In this document: in pieces, positions 1 to 15,214 of the stretch
Layout of the letters: each line of letters opens with the position of its first letter
Position numbering within the stretch: position 1 is the stretch's first letter
Sequence record: LC768901.1
Strand: one strand, 5' to 3'
DNA length: 32,000 bases
Notes under the pieces: model-generated
The model's input: only the letters and a program-made list of their open reading frames with translations
Databases searched by the model: none
Told to the model about the DNA's origin: nothing
Translations under genes and position numbers: made by a program

Positions 1-425
1 GTTGGAAAATGCAATCCGATGTTTGGGGAACAGTTAGCGAAAGTGGTGTTTCTCATATTACTGGAGGAAATTTTGCAAATGGCGCAAATGCCATCAATGG
101 ATGGTTACGAGACTTTCTATGGGCTCAATCCTCACAAGTAATTCAATCGTACGGTTCTGCATTATCGGCCTATGGTCTAGTTTTTTTAGGCGCTCATTTC
201 GTTTGGGCTTTTAGTTTAATGTTTTTATTTAGTGGTCGTGGTTATTGGCAAGAATTAATAGAGTCAATTTTATGGGCTCATAATAAATTAAAAGTTGCTC
301 CAGCCATCCAACCTCGTGCTTTAAGTATTACACAGGGTCGAGCTGTTGGTGTTGCTCATTATATTTTTGGTGGTATTGTTACTACTTGGAGTTTCTTTTT
401 AGCTCGCATTATTGCTGTTGGTTAA
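1..425 (+). CDS. psaA: photosystem I P700 apoprotein A1, C-terminal part (5' end lies outside the window)
   Basis: Open in frame 3 from the window start to TAA 423-425. The translation ...[48 protein letters not shown]... is the conserved PsaA C-terminus. Confidence 0.95.
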   Translation, partial: WKMQSDVWGTVSESGVSHITGGNFANGANAINGWLRDFLWAQSSQVIQSYGSALSAYGLVFLGAHFVWAFSLMFLFSGRGYWQELIESILWAHNKLKVAPAIQPRALSITQGRAVGVAHYIFGGIVTTWSFFLARIIAVG

Positions 426-484
426 TTTTTTTTATAAAACATAATTTATCTAATTTAATAATTTTTTAAGGAGAAAGAATTTAC

Positions 485-2689
485 ATGGCTACAAAGTTTC
501 CAAAATTTAGCCAAGGATTAGCACAAGATCCTACTACACGTCGTATCTGGTTTGGTGTTGCTACTGCTCATGATTTTGAAAGTCATGATAGTATCACTGA
601 AGAAACTCTTTATCAAAAAATATTTGCTTCACATTTCGGACAACTTTCTATTATTTTTTTATGGACATCAGGAAATTTATTTCATGTTGCTTGGCAAGGT
701 AATTTTGAAGCTTGGGTTCAAGACCCACTACATATTCGACCGATTGCACATGCAATATGGGATCCCCATTTTGGTCAATCGGCAGTCGAAGCATTCACAC
801 GTGGAGGTGCTTCAGGACCGGTAAATATTGCGACCTCGGGCGTATACCAATGGTGGTATACCATAGGTATGCGAACAAATCAAGATTTATATCAAGGCTC
901 TGTTTTTTTATCGATTGCAGCTGGTCTTTTTTTAATTGCCGGCTGGTTACATTTACAACCAAAATTTCAACCTGCCCTTTCTTGGTTTAAAAATGCTGAA
1001 TCACGCTTAAATCACCATTTAGCTGGTTTATTTGGTGTAAGTTCATTAGCTTGGACGGGGCATCTAGTTCATGTGGCGATTCCCGAATCTCGTGGTATTC
1101 ATGTACGATGGGATAACTTTTTAACAATACTACCTCATCCACAAGGATTAAAACCTTTTTTTACAGGAAATTGGGCAGCATATGCGCAAAACCCGGATAC
1201 TGGGAATCATATTTTTAGTACGAATCAAGGTTCAGGAGACGCTATTTTAACTTTTTTAGGCGGTTTCCATCCACAAACACAAAGTTTATGGTTAACAGAT
1301 ATGGCGCATCATCACTTAGCGATTGCGGTGTTATTTATAATTGCTGGTCATATGTATCGTACAAATTTTGGTATTGGGCATAGTATGAAAGAAATTTTAG
1401 ATATGCATACGCCTCCGTCAGGCAATTTAGGGGCTGGTCATCAAAATTTATTCGATACAATTAACAATTCGCTTCACTTTCAATTAGGGTTAGCTTTAGC
1501 TTCTGCGGGAACTATTTGTTCGATGGTCGCACAACATATGTACTCATTGCCAGCTTATGCTTTTATTGCTTCCGATTTTACAACCCAAGCTTCACTGTAT
1601 ACACATCATCAATATATTGCAGGTTTCATGTTATGTGGAGCGTTTGCACATGGGGCAATATTTTTCATTCGTGATTATGATCCTGAAGCAAATAAAGGAA
1701 ATGTTTTAGCACGTATCTTAGATCATAAAGAAGCTATAATTTCCCACTTAAGTTGGGTATCTTTATTTTTAGGATTTCATACATTAGGTTTATATGTACA
1801 TAACGATGTAATGTTAGCTTTTGGAACTCCAGAAAAACAAATTTTGATCGAACCTGTATTTGCTCAGTGGATTCAAGCAGCACAAGGAAAATCTTTATAT
1901 GGTTTTGACTTTTTATTAGCCTCATCATCAAGTCCCGCTTTTAATGCAAGTCAAACCGTTTGGTTACCCGGCTGGCTGGAAGCAATAAATAATCCGACAA
2001 ATTCACTATTTTTAACAATTGGTCCGGGAGATTTTTTAGTCCATCATGCGATAGCATTAGGTTTACATACAACAACATTAATTTTAGTTAAAGGAGCTTT
2101 AGATGCTCGAGGTTCGAAATTAATGCCAGATAAAAAAGACTTTGGATATAGTTTTCCTTGTGATGGACCTGGTCGTGGTGGAACTTGTGATATTTCGGCT
2201 TGGGATGCTTTTTATCTTTCAGTTTTTTGGATGTTAAACACAATTGGATGGGTAACTTTTTATTGGCATTGGAAACATTTAGGTATTTGGCAAGGAAATG
2301 TTAATCAATTCAATGAATCATCGACTTATTTAATGGGTTGGCTTCGTGATTATTTATGGCTAAATTCTTCTCAATTAATTAATGGTTATAACCCATTTGG
2401 AATGAATAGTTTATCTGTATGGGCCTGGATGTTTTTATTTGGTCATTTAGTTTACGCTACAGGTTTTATGTTTTTAATTTCTTGGCGTGGTTACTGGCAA
2501 GAACTAATTGAAACTTTAGCCTGGGCACATGAAAGAACTCCTTTGGCGAATTTAGTTCGCTGGAAAGATAAACCAGTGGCATTATCTATTGTCCAAGCCC
2601 GATTAGTAGGGTTAGCACATTTTTCTGTGGGATATATATTCACATATGCTGCCTTTTTAATTGCGGCTACCTCTAGTAAATTTGGTTAA
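485..2689 (+). CDS. psaB: photosystem I P700 apoprotein A2
   Basis: 734-aa ORF starting [24 protein letters not shown], with the [13 protein letters not shown] Fx-cluster loop. AAGGAG at 468-473 lies upstream of the ATG. Confidence 0.97.
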   Translation: MATKFPKFSQGLAQDPTTRRIWFGVATAHDFESHDSITEETLYQKIFASHFGQLSIIFLWTSGNLFHVAWQGNFEAWVQDPLHIRPIAHAIWDPHFGQSAVEAFTRGGASGPVNIATSGVYQWWYTIGMRTNQDLYQGSVFLSIAAGLFLIAGWLHLQPKFQPALSWFKNAESRLNHHLAGLFGVSSLAWTGHLVHVAIPESRGIHVRWDNFLTILPHPQGLKPFFTGNWAAYAQNPDTGNHIFSTNQGSGDAILTFLGGFHPQTQSLWLTDMAHHHLAIAVLFIIAGHMYRTNFGIGHSMKEILDMHTPPSGNLGAGHQNLFDTINNSLHFQLGLALASAGTICSMVAQHMYSLPAYAFIASDFTTQASLYTHHQYIAGFMLCGAFAHGAIFFIRDYDPEANKGNVLARILDHKEAIISHLSWVSLFLGFHTLGLYVHNDVMLAFGTPEKQILIEPVFAQWIQAAQGKSLYGFDFLLASSSSPAFNASQTVWLPGWLEAINNPTNSLFLTIGPGDFLVHHAIALGLHTTTLILVKGALDARGSKLMPDKKDFGYSFPCDGPGRGGTCDISAWDAFYLSVFWMLNTIGWVTFYWHWKHLGIWQGNVNQFNESSTYLMGWLRDYLWLNSSQLINGYNPFGMNSLSVWAWMFLFGHLVYATGFMFLISWRGYWQELIETLAWAHERTPLANLVRWKDKPVALSIVQARLVGLAHFSVGYIFTYAAFLIAATSSKFG

Positions 2690-2765
2690 CAGTTGCAAAA
2701 CCCGTATCCTATATCAAATAATTTTTTAATAACTATATAAATAAAAAAATTTTAAACAATCTACT

Positions 2766-2954
2766 ATGATTTTTCTTTTTCAAGTTGCCGTTTTTGCGTT
2801 AATTTCATTATCATTTTTATTAGTAGTTGGTGTGCCCGTAGCTTTTGCATACCCTAATGGGTGGTCAGAAAATAAAGGTACCATTTTTTCTGGTGTTGGG
2901 TTATGGTTTCTTTTAGTTTTTTTAGTAGGAATTTTAAATTCTTTTGTTGTTTAA
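2766..2954 (+). CDS. psbZ: photosystem II protein Z (ycf9)
   Basis: 62-aa two-helix [12 protein letters not shown]...NGWSENK...[20 protein letters not shown] matches the PsbZ pattern. Confidence 0.9.
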   Translation: MIFLFQVAVFALISLSFLLVVGVPVAFAYPNGWSENKGTIFSGVGLWFLLVFLVGILNSFVV

Positions 2955-3001
2955 TTTATTATGCGAGTTGTAAAACCTAGTTTTACAACTCGCATAATAA
3001 A
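2955..3001. terminator. 21-bp perfect stem-loop right after the psbZ stop
   Basis: 2955-2975 pairs perfectly with 2981-3001 (loop CCTAG). It contains the ATG at 2961 that the ORF track used as a start. Confidence 0.6.
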
Positions 3002-3038
3002 AAAAACTAAGTTAAGATTTAAACTATATATTTACCGT

Positions 3039-4012
3039 ATGAATACACAAATATTATTTAAATGGTTAAGTATTTTTTTTGATCCTTTATTAAAAAAAAG
3101 TCACTTGAATTCTACTAAGAATTTATTAGGGTTTTCCGGTGGTCAAGATTCCACTTTTTTATTTATTTATCTTTTTATAATCAATTTAAAAAAGAATAAA
3201 TCTTATAGAGTTTTACATTTAAATCATTTAATACAAAAAGATAATTTTTATTATACATCGAATAATTTCAAATTATCTTTTTTATTTGATACTAATTATC
3301 ATCTTTCTGCCCCTATGGAAAGACTGACTAACGAGTTTAAAAGTTGTTTATGGCGTTATTCTATGTTTTTTCGGGTAGCTTATTTCTATATTTATAAATC
3401 TATTTGGTTAGCCCATTCTAATACGGATTATTGTGAAAAATTTTTTTTAAATTTATTTCGTGGTGGTTTAAATTTTGGGTCTTCTTTTTTAAGATTAAAA
3501 AAAAATTTTTATATAAATACTCATTCAAATTTTTTTTATCGATGGTAATGAAAATCTTTTTATTTTTTCCAAAAATTCAGCATTTTTTACTTTTACGTCC
3601 CTTACTTAATATTAGTAGGGAAACTCTAAAAAAATGGATTATTTTTTTAGAGTTTCCCATCTCTATAGATTCTACAAATCGAGTTATTTTTTTCTCAAGA
3701 AATCGGATTCGCTTTTTTCTATTTCCATTTTTAAAATATTTTTTTGATCAAAAAATTGAATTAAAAATTACTAAAATTAACTTTTTGACAACAGAATATC
3801 TTTCTTATTTTGAATATGTTAGCAAACAGTTATTCTTTTTTCTCTATTCAAAACAAAATCTTTATTTTTTAATGCCTAACATTATTAAAAAATTTTTTAT
3901 TAAACAATTTTTAAAATATAGTAAAAAATCATTTTCAAATAATGAAATATCGTTTATAAATGATAATTTATTTAAAAATAGTAACGTTAATTTTATTAAA
4001 AAACTCTTATAA
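3039..4012 (+). pseudogene. tilS: tRNA(Ile)-lysidine synthase (ycf62), split by a -1 frameshift into two overlapping ORFs (3039-3548 and 3542-4012)
   Basis: The N-terminal half has the PP-loop GFSGGQDS and AHSNTDYCEKFFLNLFRGG (compare TAHxxDDQxETxLxxLxRG). The C-terminal half, in another frame, has LRPLLNISRETLKKW...DSTN...SRNRIRFFLFP (compare RPLL...D.SN...RNRIR..L.P). Frame 2 is open from about 3440, and the shift lies among T8/A8 runs at 3441-3537. Confidence 0.75.
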
Positions 4013-4079
4013 TTATTTTAGTTAATAAGTTGGAGCTTATATCCAAAATAAAGGTTTAATTTTTAGCAAAGTTTTGTAA

Positions 4080-6546
<2,467 letters not shown>

Positions 6547-6591
6547 TTTTATAGAAAATACTAGATATTGTATCTAGTATTTTCTATAAAA
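6547..6591. terminator. 21-bp perfect stem-loop right after the psbC stop
   Basis: 6547-6567 pairs with 6571-6591 (loop TTG). Confidence 0.6.
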
Positions 6592-6919
6592 ACGAATAAT
6601 TTTTTTATAAGTTTATTTAAATTTAATTAACAATTCACTGATTTTGATTATACTTAAAAAAGCGATCCCTCGCCAGTTTAAATAGACACTTTAAATTAAG
6701 CGAGGACTGCTGAATCGGTTTAAATTAAAATTTTTTTTCGAACCATTTAAAGGTACGCATCTTACACATATCTAAACCCGTATTTACAATATATTCAAAC
6801 TTCATATAGATTTGATAAATTTTTAAATATGATTATTAAAAGTTAGACAGCTAAAGAGTCCATTCTTGAACTCCGATTCAACCATGAAACAATGACTAGG
6901 TTTTTCAATTTTATAAAAT

Positions 6920-8080
6920 TTATTGAAATTTTAAGTTTATATATTCTTTTAGAGTATTAGAATTCGATTGCGCATTTCTCCATCGCTCATATATCCGTTT
7001 ATTTTCAACCCATAAAACTTCGGATGAAAACGCGCTATCTTTAGTAAATTCACAAATAAAAAAAAATATTATAAATGTAGATATATTCAAAATCTTCAAA
7101 CATTGGTATATCATTGGGCATTCCGAAAGTTCTGTAGTATGTTGAAAACAATTAAAAATATGAGCGGTATTTGAAAAGAACCAACATTGTAAAAAACATT
7201 GTACAAAGGAATTTTCAAAAAAGAAAATACTAGTAATCATTAAAATACGATAAGTGGGAATATTCCAAATCCATTTTAAATAAACAAGATCTGGAAGAAT
7301 ATAACTATGAGTCAAAATGACACTTGTAACAAGTAGAATTAGAGCAAGTATTAATAAATTGATCAATAATGAGGTTTTTTTACTGATAGAATAAAATTTC
7401 GAAACTCGATATTCAAATAGTTGAAGAATTTTCCATAAATGATCAAAAAATATTTCAAATAGTTTTCCAGTTATTAAAACCGATAAAAAATTTTTATAAA
7501 TAGCTTTTGAAGTTGGCTCGTACAGCATAAAAAACATCCGTGCTTGAAAATTTGTAACTAAAATATTTAAAGGAGAATGTATTAGAGTAAAAATTTGCAC
7601 AAAAATTATGCCTAAATAGAAATTCGAATAGCGAGAACCTCGTACCGACTTAATTTTTGATAAGATTTTTAATAGGTTACTTTTTAAAAATCGCAAAGCT
7701 TTAGTCGAAATAATAAAATGCCAAAGTACTGTACCTTTACTTAAGTAAAGGTGAGAATTATCAAATTCATAAAAAAAACTATCGGTTGTTTTAGCTTTTT
7801 GGTGTTTTGAATTTTTCCATAAAATACCCAATTGCCCGTATTGATGACAACACTTTGACCATGTATCCAAAAATTTATAAATACGAATCATCGATTGGGT
7901 TATAAAATAGTATAAATAAATGGTCATTAAATGTTTATCTTGAATACAAATAACAAACTCGGAGTGTGCACAAATAGTTTTCAAATTGAGTGTTTTTACA
8001 TTCTTTTTAACAAATAATTGATTTTTAATCTTCTGATAACATCGGTTTGGTTTTTTTTTTATACCTAAAACAATCCGCAT
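6920..8080 (-). CDS. hypothetical protein orf386 (hydrophobic, no family recognised)
   Basis: A 386-codon ORF in a very AT-rich context, with no ORF of 60 aa or more on the opposite strand. It has at least one clear hydrophobic span (LLINLLILALILLVTSVILTHSYIL). I could not align it to any standard plastid gene. Confidence 0.45.
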   Translation of the reverse strand: MRIVLGIKKKPNRCYQKIKNQLFVKKNVKTLNLKTICAHSEFVICIQDKHLMTIYLYYFITQSMIRIYKFLDTWSKCCHQYGQLGILWKNSKHQKAKTTDSFFYEFDNSHLYLSKGTVLWHFIISTKALRFLKSNLLKILSKIKSVRGSRYSNFYLGIIFVQIFTLIHSPLNILVTNFQARMFFMLYEPTSKAIYKNFLSVLITGKLFEIFFDHLWKILQLFEYRVSKFYSISKKTSLLINLLILALILLVTSVILTHSYILPDLVYLKWIWNIPTYRILMITSIFFFENSFVQCFLQCWFFSNTAHIFNCFQHTTELSECPMIYQCLKILNISTFIIFFFICEFTKDSAFSSEVLWVENKRIYERWRNAQSNSNTLKEYINLKFQ

Positions 8081-8386
8081 ATACTTTAAAAAATTTTTAT
8101 TCAGTTTTTTTATTAAAATTCGAATTATGTTCAGAATTCGTTTGGATATCTAGCAATATTAAATGAAATTTTACACTTAAATATTTAAATTTAAGATTTA
8201 GATTATCATATACAACAATACCACTAGTAAAGATTCTAAGCAAGTATATTTTAAATTCAAATATAAATTCTCCTTTTAAACATTCTAATTGCTCAAATTT
8301 TAAACTATTTTATTAATTATTTTTTTAGTTTATATTCACTTAATTAAAAAAATTTTTGAATTTTTTCTATTAATCTATAAATAATT

Positions 8387-8422
8387 GGGTGCCGGAGCAC
8401 CCAATTATTTATCAACAACCCT
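8387..8422. repeat. 16-bp perfect stem with a CGGA tetraloop in the orf386/rrn16 spacer
   Basis: ATAAATAATTGGGTGC-CGGA-GCACCCAATTATTTAT. Confidence 0.6.
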
Positions 8423-8583
8423 TACTCAGAAACCAAAACAATTATATAATCAAATTTAGAAAAATTTTTATCCACAATTAAAAAATAAGCGATTTTTAGA
8501 TGATTTATAAGTTTTAATTAATTAGCAAAATTTTCCGTTAATTTATGTATCATATAATCAGTATTTATTCTGACTTTTAAACT

Positions 8584-8623
8584 ATAGAAAATAAATAGTT
8601 TTTAAAAACTATTTATTTTCTAT
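8584..8623 (-). terminator. 40-nt perfect palindrome 14 nt downstream of the 16S 3' end
   Basis: ATAGAAAATAAATAGTTTTT/AAAAACTATTTATTTTCTAT. It occupies the position where trnI would follow in a standard rrn operon. Confidence 0.5.
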
Positions 8624-8636
8624 ATTTATTCCTTAT

Positions 8637-10112
<1,476 letters not shown>

Positions 10113-10163
10113 TTTATTTTTATAACTTAAAGTATAAATTAAATTTTATTGATTCCAGAAGTT

Positions 10164-10192
10164 ATGTTAAAACTTCCAAAAAGGTTTGTCAA
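10164..10192 (-). promoter_or_regulatory. candidate sigma70-type (PEP) promoter for rrn16
   Basis: On the minus strand: TTGACA (10192-10187), a 17-nt spacer, then TAACAT (10169-10164), about 50 nt upstream of the mature 16S 5' end. Confidence 0.35.
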
Positions 10193-10293
10193 CCCAGTCA
10201 GCCTTTCTTTTTTAATCCTGAAAAACCGTTAAATAACTAAAAGATTAGTATGCATTATTCTTGAGTCTAGGGGTTTATTTTTTTCTTATAAAA

Positions 10294-10333
10294 AATTGAA
10301 TCAGCGAAGCCTTCGAAGGCTTCGCTGATTCAA
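10294..10333. terminator. 40-nt perfect GC-containing palindrome downstream of psbJ
   Basis: ATTGAATCAGCGAAGCCTTCGAAGGCTTCGCTGATTCAAT is self-complementary. It separates the psbEFLJ 3' end from the rrn16 promoter region. Confidence 0.6.
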
Positions 10334-10397
10334 TACTAGAAAAATCCATCTATAATAATTTTTTAGGAAATAAGCAATAAATGATTCAATTGCTTTT

Positions 10398-10526
10398 CTA
10401 TAATGATGATCCTAAACCTACATAAGAACCATAGAAAAAAATTCCAACTAAACCTAAAGCAACGGTTCCTACAAGTGTTCCCACTAACCATAATGGGATA
10501 CGACCAGTCGTTCCTGTGTTTGACAT
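10398..10526 (-). CDS. psbJ: photosystem II protein J
   Basis: Hand translation: [42 protein letters not shown]. Confidence 0.92.
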   Translation of the reverse strand: MSNTGTTGRIPLWLVGTLVGTVALGLVGIFFYGSYVGLGSSL

Positions 10527-10684
10527 TTAATAACCCCCTATAAATAAATTAAGTTAATAATTAGTTTTTATTTTTTAAGAATTGCGAGTATACTATATAT
10601 TTAAATCATTTTAGCCTATACAGACAAATCTTAAACGAGCGAATTTTTACACGATTTTGATGGAAATTTTACGAATCCCTTTAA

Positions 10685-10801
10685 TTAATTAAAAATATAA
10701 CTTGAAAATAAAACTGCTAAAACAAAAATTAATAATAATCCCCAGTATAAACTCGTTCGATTTAATTCAACAGTTTGTTTATTTGGATTTGGTTTTGCCA
10801 T
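10685..10801 (-). CDS. psbL: photosystem II protein L
   Basis: Hand translation: [38 protein letters not shown]. Confidence 0.93.
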
Positions 10802-10882
10802 AGTAGAATAAAAAAATTAAATAATCTATATTAAGATAATTGAAATTTATTTAATAGTTAAACAAAATATATAGAAACGCGA

Positions 10883-11041
<159 letters not shown>

Positions 11042-11290
11042 TTAAATTTCAGATAAAGATTTGACTTGTTCTAATGCATTAAAACGATCTGTAATTAAAG
11101 GTGCTTGTTGGCGATCTTCTGTAAAGTATTCATTTGGACGCGGACTTCCAAAAACATCATACGCTAATCCTGTACTAACAAATAACCAACCAGCAATAAA
11201 TAAAGACGGAATAGTAATACTATGAATAACCCAGTAACGAATACTTGTTAAAATATCTGAAAATGGACGTTCTCCTGTAGTACCAGACAT
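11042..11290 (-). CDS. psbE: cytochrome b559 alpha subunit
   Basis: 82-aa ORF: [48 protein letters not shown]... Confidence 0.95.
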
Positions 11291-11412
11291 AATTTTATAA
11301 AAATTTATAAATAGAATTAAAAAAATTTTTCCACCGTGGGGAAAAAATAAAGATTATTGTCTAATAATATAAAATAATTTAGAATAAAAATCAACAATTA
11401 GAAAAAGTGCCA

Positions 11413-12474
11413 TTAAATATTTTGAGAAAATAAGATTTTATTATAATATTTAATATCATATAATGGAAGTTTTTCTTTCATTTTTTCCTGTAAATTTGAA
11501 ATTTTTTTAGAGGAATTTAATGATATATCTGTTTTTAATAATCTACGCACTTTTTCTTCTGTTAATAAATTTAATGAATTGGAAAATCCAGCTAAAATTT
11601 CCCCATTTTTTCTAAAAGGGGCATCTTTGTAAAAACTAATGGTTTCGGATAATGCTTGCTTTAAAAAAGATCGAGGAATAATTAAATCAAGTAATCCATG
11701 ATCCAATAAATATTCAGAAGTTTGAAAATTTTCTGGAAGTTTTTCTTGTAATGTTTGTTCAATAACACGACGACCTGCAAAACCTATTAATGCATTCGGT
11801 TCAGCAAAAATTAAATCCCCAAGCATTGCAAAACTGGCGGTCACCCCGCCGGTTGTTGGAGAGGTCAATAACGAGATATATAATAAATTTGCTGAACTTT
11901 GATAAAATTTTAATGCCGATGAAATTTTGGCCATTTGCATTAAGCTAAAAATACCTTCCTGCATTCTGGCACCTCCAGAAGCACAAATTAAAATTAATAT
12001 TAATCCTTCTTGTGTGGCATATTCTACAAGACGAACAATTTTTTCTCCAACAACACTTCCCATACTTCCTCCCATAAAATTAAAGTCCATAACCCCTAAA
12101 GCTACGGGTATACCATCAATTAATCCAGTACCTGTTAAAATAGCATCTTGTAATCCTGTTCTTTCTTGTGCTTCTTTTAATCTTTCTTTATAAATTTTTT
12201 GATCTTTAAAAACTAAAGGATCACATGGGGATAACGTTTCATTTAAAGGTTGCCATGAGCCATAATCTACTAAACTTTGAATCCTTTCACGACTATTCAT
12301 TTGTAAATGATAACCACAGGAAAAGCATACACGCTGATTTTCTTTAAGATGTTTAATATATAAAATCGTTCCACATTTATCACAACGGGTCCATAATCGA
12401 TCATCTTTTGTCGCTTTATTATAATTTAACATTTTAATTTTACGTTGATCTTCAATCCAGGATAGTATAGACAT
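11413..12474 (-). CDS. accD: acetyl-CoA carboxylase carboxyltransferase beta subunit
   Basis: 353 aa with the zinc finger CDKCGTILY...CFSCGYH, followed by a carboxyltransferase core ([12 protein letters not shown]..., [10 protein letters not shown]). Confidence 0.92.
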   Translation of the reverse strand: MSILSWIEDQRKIKMLNYNKATKDDRLWTRCDKCGTILYIKHLKENQRVCFSCGYHLQMNSRERIQSLVDYGSWQPLNETLSPCDPLVFKDQKIYKERLKEAQERTGLQDAILTGTGLIDGIPVALGVMDFNFMGGSMGSVVGEKIVRLVEYATQEGLILILICASGGARMQEGIFSLMQMAKISSALKFYQSSANLLYISLLTSPTTGGVTASFAMLGDLIFAEPNALIGFAGRRVIEQTLQEKLPENFQTSEYLLDHGLLDLIIPRSFLKQALSETISFYKDAPFRKNGEILAGFSNSLNLLTEEKVRRLLKTDISLNSSKKISNLQEKMKEKLPLYDIKYYNKILFSQNI

Positions 12475-12635
12475 AATTTATTTTTTTAAGGTGATAAAAA
12501 ATTCTCCCATATATTATATACAGAAAAGTATTTTCAAATCCAATAATTTTATTATTCCTGTAAAAATGGTTCTGAAACTTGCTTCCTGTAAACAATTTCA
12601 TTAAACTGGAGTCGTATTTTAAATCAACGCAAAAT

Positions 12636-12708
12636 GCCTGTTTAGCTCAATTGGTAGAGCATCGGTCTTGTAAACCGAGGGTTGTCGGTTCGACTCCGGT
12701 ATCAGGCT
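12636..12708 (+). tRNA. trnT: tRNA-Thr(UGU)
   Basis: Cloverleaf with anticodon loop CTTGTAA and T-arm GTCGGTTCGACTCCGGT. There is one U-U mismatch in the acceptor stem. Confidence 0.85.
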
Positions 12709-12745
12709 ATAATTAAAATTAAATTAAATATTAAATTATATTAAA

Positions 12746-13975
12746 ATGGCACGTGAAAAATTTGAGAGAACGAAACCTCATTTAAATATTGGAACAATTG
12801 GACATGTCGATCACGGAAAAACAACTTTAACTGCAGCAATTACTATGGCGTTAGCCGCGGTAGGTCAAGCAAAACCAAAAGATTACAATGATATTGATTC
12901 AGCTCCAGAAGAAAAAGCAAGAGGAATAACAATAAATACAGCTCATGTAGAATATGAAACAGAAAATCGACATTATGCGCATGTAGATTGCCCTGGACAT
13001 GCTGATTATGTTAAAAATATGATTACTGGAGCGGCTCAAATGGATGGCGCAATTCTTGTTGTTTCTGGTGCGGATGGTCCAATGCCACAAACAAAAGAAC
13101 ATATTTTATTAGCAAAGCAAGTTGGGGTACCTTCTATTGTTGTTTTTTTAAATAAAGCTGACCAGGTTGATGATGAAGAACTTTTAGAATTAGTAGAATT
13201 AGAGGTGCGTGAAACTTTAAATGAATATGAATTTCCGGGTGATGATATCCCAATAACTTCAGGATCTGCACTGCTTGCGTTAGAGGCACTTACAGAAAAT
13301 CCAGATACGAATCGAACTGAGGATCCGTGGGTTAAAAAAATTTACGATTTAATGAATGAAGTTGATAATTATATCCCACTTCCAACTCGAGATACGGATA
13401 AACCTTTTTTAATGGCCATTGAGAATGTCGTTTCTATTACAGGTCGAGGAACCGTAACAACCGGTCGAGTAGAGCGTGGGGCTGTACAGGTTGGGGATAA
13501 TATTGAAATTGTAGGATTGAAAGAAACAAAACAAGCTACAATAACAGGTTTAGAAATGTTTCAAAAAACATTAGAAAAAAGTGTGGCAGGTGATAATGTG
13601 GGAGTCTTACTGCGTGGAATTCAAAAAGAAGAAGTTGAGCGTGGAATGGTGCTTGCAAAACCCGGATCCATTAAACCACATAAGCAATTTGAAGCTCAAG
13701 TTTATATTTTAAAAAAAGAAGAAGGTGGGCGACATACTTCCTTTTTTGCTGGCTATCGCCCACAATTTTATGTTCGTACGACGGATGTTACAGGTAAGAT
13801 TAATTCTTTTCAATCTGATGATAATGTGGAAATTAAAATGGTGATGCCTGGCGATCGTATCAAAATGAATGTCGAGCTGATTCAGCCTATAGCTATTGAA
13901 AAAGGTATGCGATTTGCTATAAGAGAAGGAGGAAGAACGGTGGGTGCAGGAGTTGTATCCACTATTTTAGATTAA
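12746..13975 (+). CDS. tufA: translation elongation factor Tu
   Basis: 409 aa starting [28 protein letters not shown], with DCPGHADY and NKAD GTPase motifs. Confidence 0.97.
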   Translation: MAREKFERTKPHLNIGTIGHVDHGKTTLTAAITMALAAVGQAKPKDYNDIDSAPEEKARGITINTAHVEYETENRHYAHVDCPGHADYVKNMITGAAQMDGAILVVSGADGPMPQTKEHILLAKQVGVPSIVVFLNKADQVDDEELLELVELEVRETLNEYEFPGDDIPITSGSALLALEALTENPDTNRTEDPWVKKIYDLMNEVDNYIPLPTRDTDKPFLMAIENVVSITGRGTVTTGRVERGAVQVGDNIEIVGLKETKQATITGLEMFQKTLEKSVAGDNVGVLLRGIQKEEVERGMVLAKPGSIKPHKQFEAQVYILKKEEGGRHTSFFAGYRPQFYVRTTDVTGKINSFQSDDNVEIKMVMPGDRIKMNVELIQPIAIEKGMRFAIREGGRTVGAGVVSTILD

Positions 13976-14003
13976 TTTTAATCGTCCAGTTAGAATCAAA
14001 TAA

Positions 14004-14342
14004 ATGTTTAAAACAACAATTCTCAAAAAATTTGAAAAAAAACAAGATCAAAAGATTCGTGTTGGGAGTTTAATTGAAATCGGATTAAAAATTCGAGAAG
14101 GCGAAAAATATCGAGTACAGAAATACAAAGGGTTTGTTATCGCTGTTAAAGGTCATGGAATGGATCAAACAATTCGAGTTCGAAAAATTTTTCAAAAAAT
14201 AGGAATCGAAAGAGTTTTTCCTTTAAATTCTCCACAAATAGCCTTTATAAAACCCGTAAAATTTACAAAAATGAAAAAATCGAAACTCTATTTTTTAAGA
14301 AATCAAATTGGAAAATCATTAAGATTAAAAATTGCCATTTAG
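14004..14342 (+). CDS. rpl19: ribosomal protein L19
   Basis: 112 aa. VGSLIEIGLKIREGEKYRVQKYKGFVIAVKGHGMDQTIRVRKIFQKIGIERVFPLNSPQI fits the L19 signature. It starts 28 nt after tufA. Confidence 0.85.
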   Translation: MFKTTILKKFEKKQDQKIRVGSLIEIGLKIREGEKYRVQKYKGFVIAVKGHGMDQTIRVRKIFQKIGIERVFPLNSPQIAFIKPVKFTKMKKSKLYFLRNQIGKSLRLKIAI

Positions 14343-14375
14343 GATTGAAAAATCTTTATGCATATTTTAATAATT

Positions 14376-14402
14376 AAAAACAATAGCTCAGCTATTGTTT
14401 TT
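14376..14402. terminator. 12-bp stem-loop between the convergent rpl19 and clpP genes
   Basis: AAAAACAATAGC-TCA-GCTATTGTTTTT. It overlaps the clpP stop codon. Confidence 0.5.
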
Positions 14403-15000
14403 AATTATTAAAATACGAAGACGGTAGATGATCTACAAGTCCATATTTTTTAGCTTCTTGAGCAGACAAAAATTGATCTCTATCCATATCCCGTGAAATT
14501 CTACTTAAGGTTTGACCCGTTCGTTCGGCATAAATTTGACCAACCTGACGACGAATTCGCATAACTTCTTCGGACTCAGATAACACTTCTGATGCTTGAC
14601 CTTGACTTCCTCCTTCAGGTTGATGAATCATTATTCGTGAATGTGGAAAAGCAATACGTTTTCCCCGGCATCCACCAGCTAAAATAAAAGAGGCCATAGA
14701 AGCCGCTGTACCAACACAAATCGTTGTAACATCTGATTTAATATAATTCATAATATCATAAACAGCAATTCCACAAGTTACAGACCCTCCTGGTGAATTA
14801 ATATAAATATAGAGATCTTTTGCTTTTTCTTCAGCATTTAAATAAAGCATAATCCCGATAAGTTGATTGGCCAACTCATCATCTAAATCTTGGCATAAAA
14901 AAAGTACTCGTTCTCGATATAAACGATTATATAAATCGACCCATTGAGCAGAGGGCTCGCCGGGTAAACGAAAAGGTACTTTAGGAACTCCTATAGGCAT
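14401..15000 (-). CDS. clpP: ATP-dependent Clp protease proteolytic subunit
   Basis: 199 aa, uninterrupted. [15 protein letters not shown]..., active-site context [14 protein letters not shown], and HSRIMIHQP. Confidence 0.95.
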   Translation of the reverse strand: MPIGVPKVPFRLPGEPSAQWVDLYNRLYRERVLFLCQDLDDELANQLIGIMLYLNAEEKAKDLYIYINSPGGSVTCGIAVYDIMNYIKSDVTTICVGTAASMASFILAGGCRGKRIAFPHSRIMIHQPEGGSQGQASEVLSESEEVMRIRRQVGQIYAERTGQTLSRISRDMDRDQFLSAQEAKKYGLVDHLPSSYFNN

Positions 15001-15067
15001 ATCAATAAAAAAATAATTCTATAATATTAGTTTTAGCATTGTAACTTTTTATTTATAAAAAAACAAC

Positions 15068-15095
15068 TTGACAAGTTTAGATAAAAAATTATAAT
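15068..15095 (+). promoter_or_regulatory. consensus sigma70-type promoter upstream of trnI-trnA
   Basis: TTGACA (15068-15073), a 16-nt spacer, then TATAAT (15090-15095), 33 nt upstream of trnI. Confidence 0.5.
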
Positions 15096-15128
15096 GATGT
15101 TGGCTACATCTAAAAATCTTACGTTTAA

Positions 15129-15202
15129 GGGCTATTAGCTCAGGTGGTTAGAGCGCTGTCCTGATAAGACAGAGGTCGCTGGTTCAAGTCCAGCATAGCC
15201 CA
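15129..15202 (+). tRNA. trnI: tRNA-Ile(GAU), intronless
   Basis: GGGCTATTAGCTCAGGTGGTTAGAGCG..., anticodon loop CTGATAA, T-arm GCTGGTTCAAGTCCAGC. Confidence 0.93.
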
Positions 15203-15214
15203 AAGTCATTAGAA

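Noticed and set aside
552-1931. Short ORFs nested in or antisense to psaB (552-824, 712-990, 1734-1931). Equivalent nested ORFs occur at 4966-5160, 5363-5602, 6170-6358, 11927-12193, 12899-13102, 16621-16848, 18532-18780, 20074-20262, 23390-23635 and 29045-29236.
   Set aside because: Each overlaps a strongly conserved gene (psaB, psbD, psbC, accD, tufA, petD, atpB, atpE, psbB, chlL) in another frame or on the other strand, and none has a recognisable product.
2961-3038. ATG 2961 as the tilS start
   Set aside because: It lies inside the 21-bp psbZ terminator hairpin. The ATG at 3039 (MNTQILFKWL...) is a more plausible start, although the true start is unverified.
6592-6919. A possible structured RNA or intron remnant downstream of orf386: hairpin 6668-6705, complementary 8-mers 6711-6718/6873-6880, and GGACU/AGUCC plus a GUUCAAGAAUGGACU stretch that resembles group I R/S elements
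   Set aside because: An 8-nt complement within about 300 nt is expected by chance. The order of the segments does not fit a group I core, there is no domain V, no tRNA cloverleaf, and no flanking exon I could identify. I left it unannotated.
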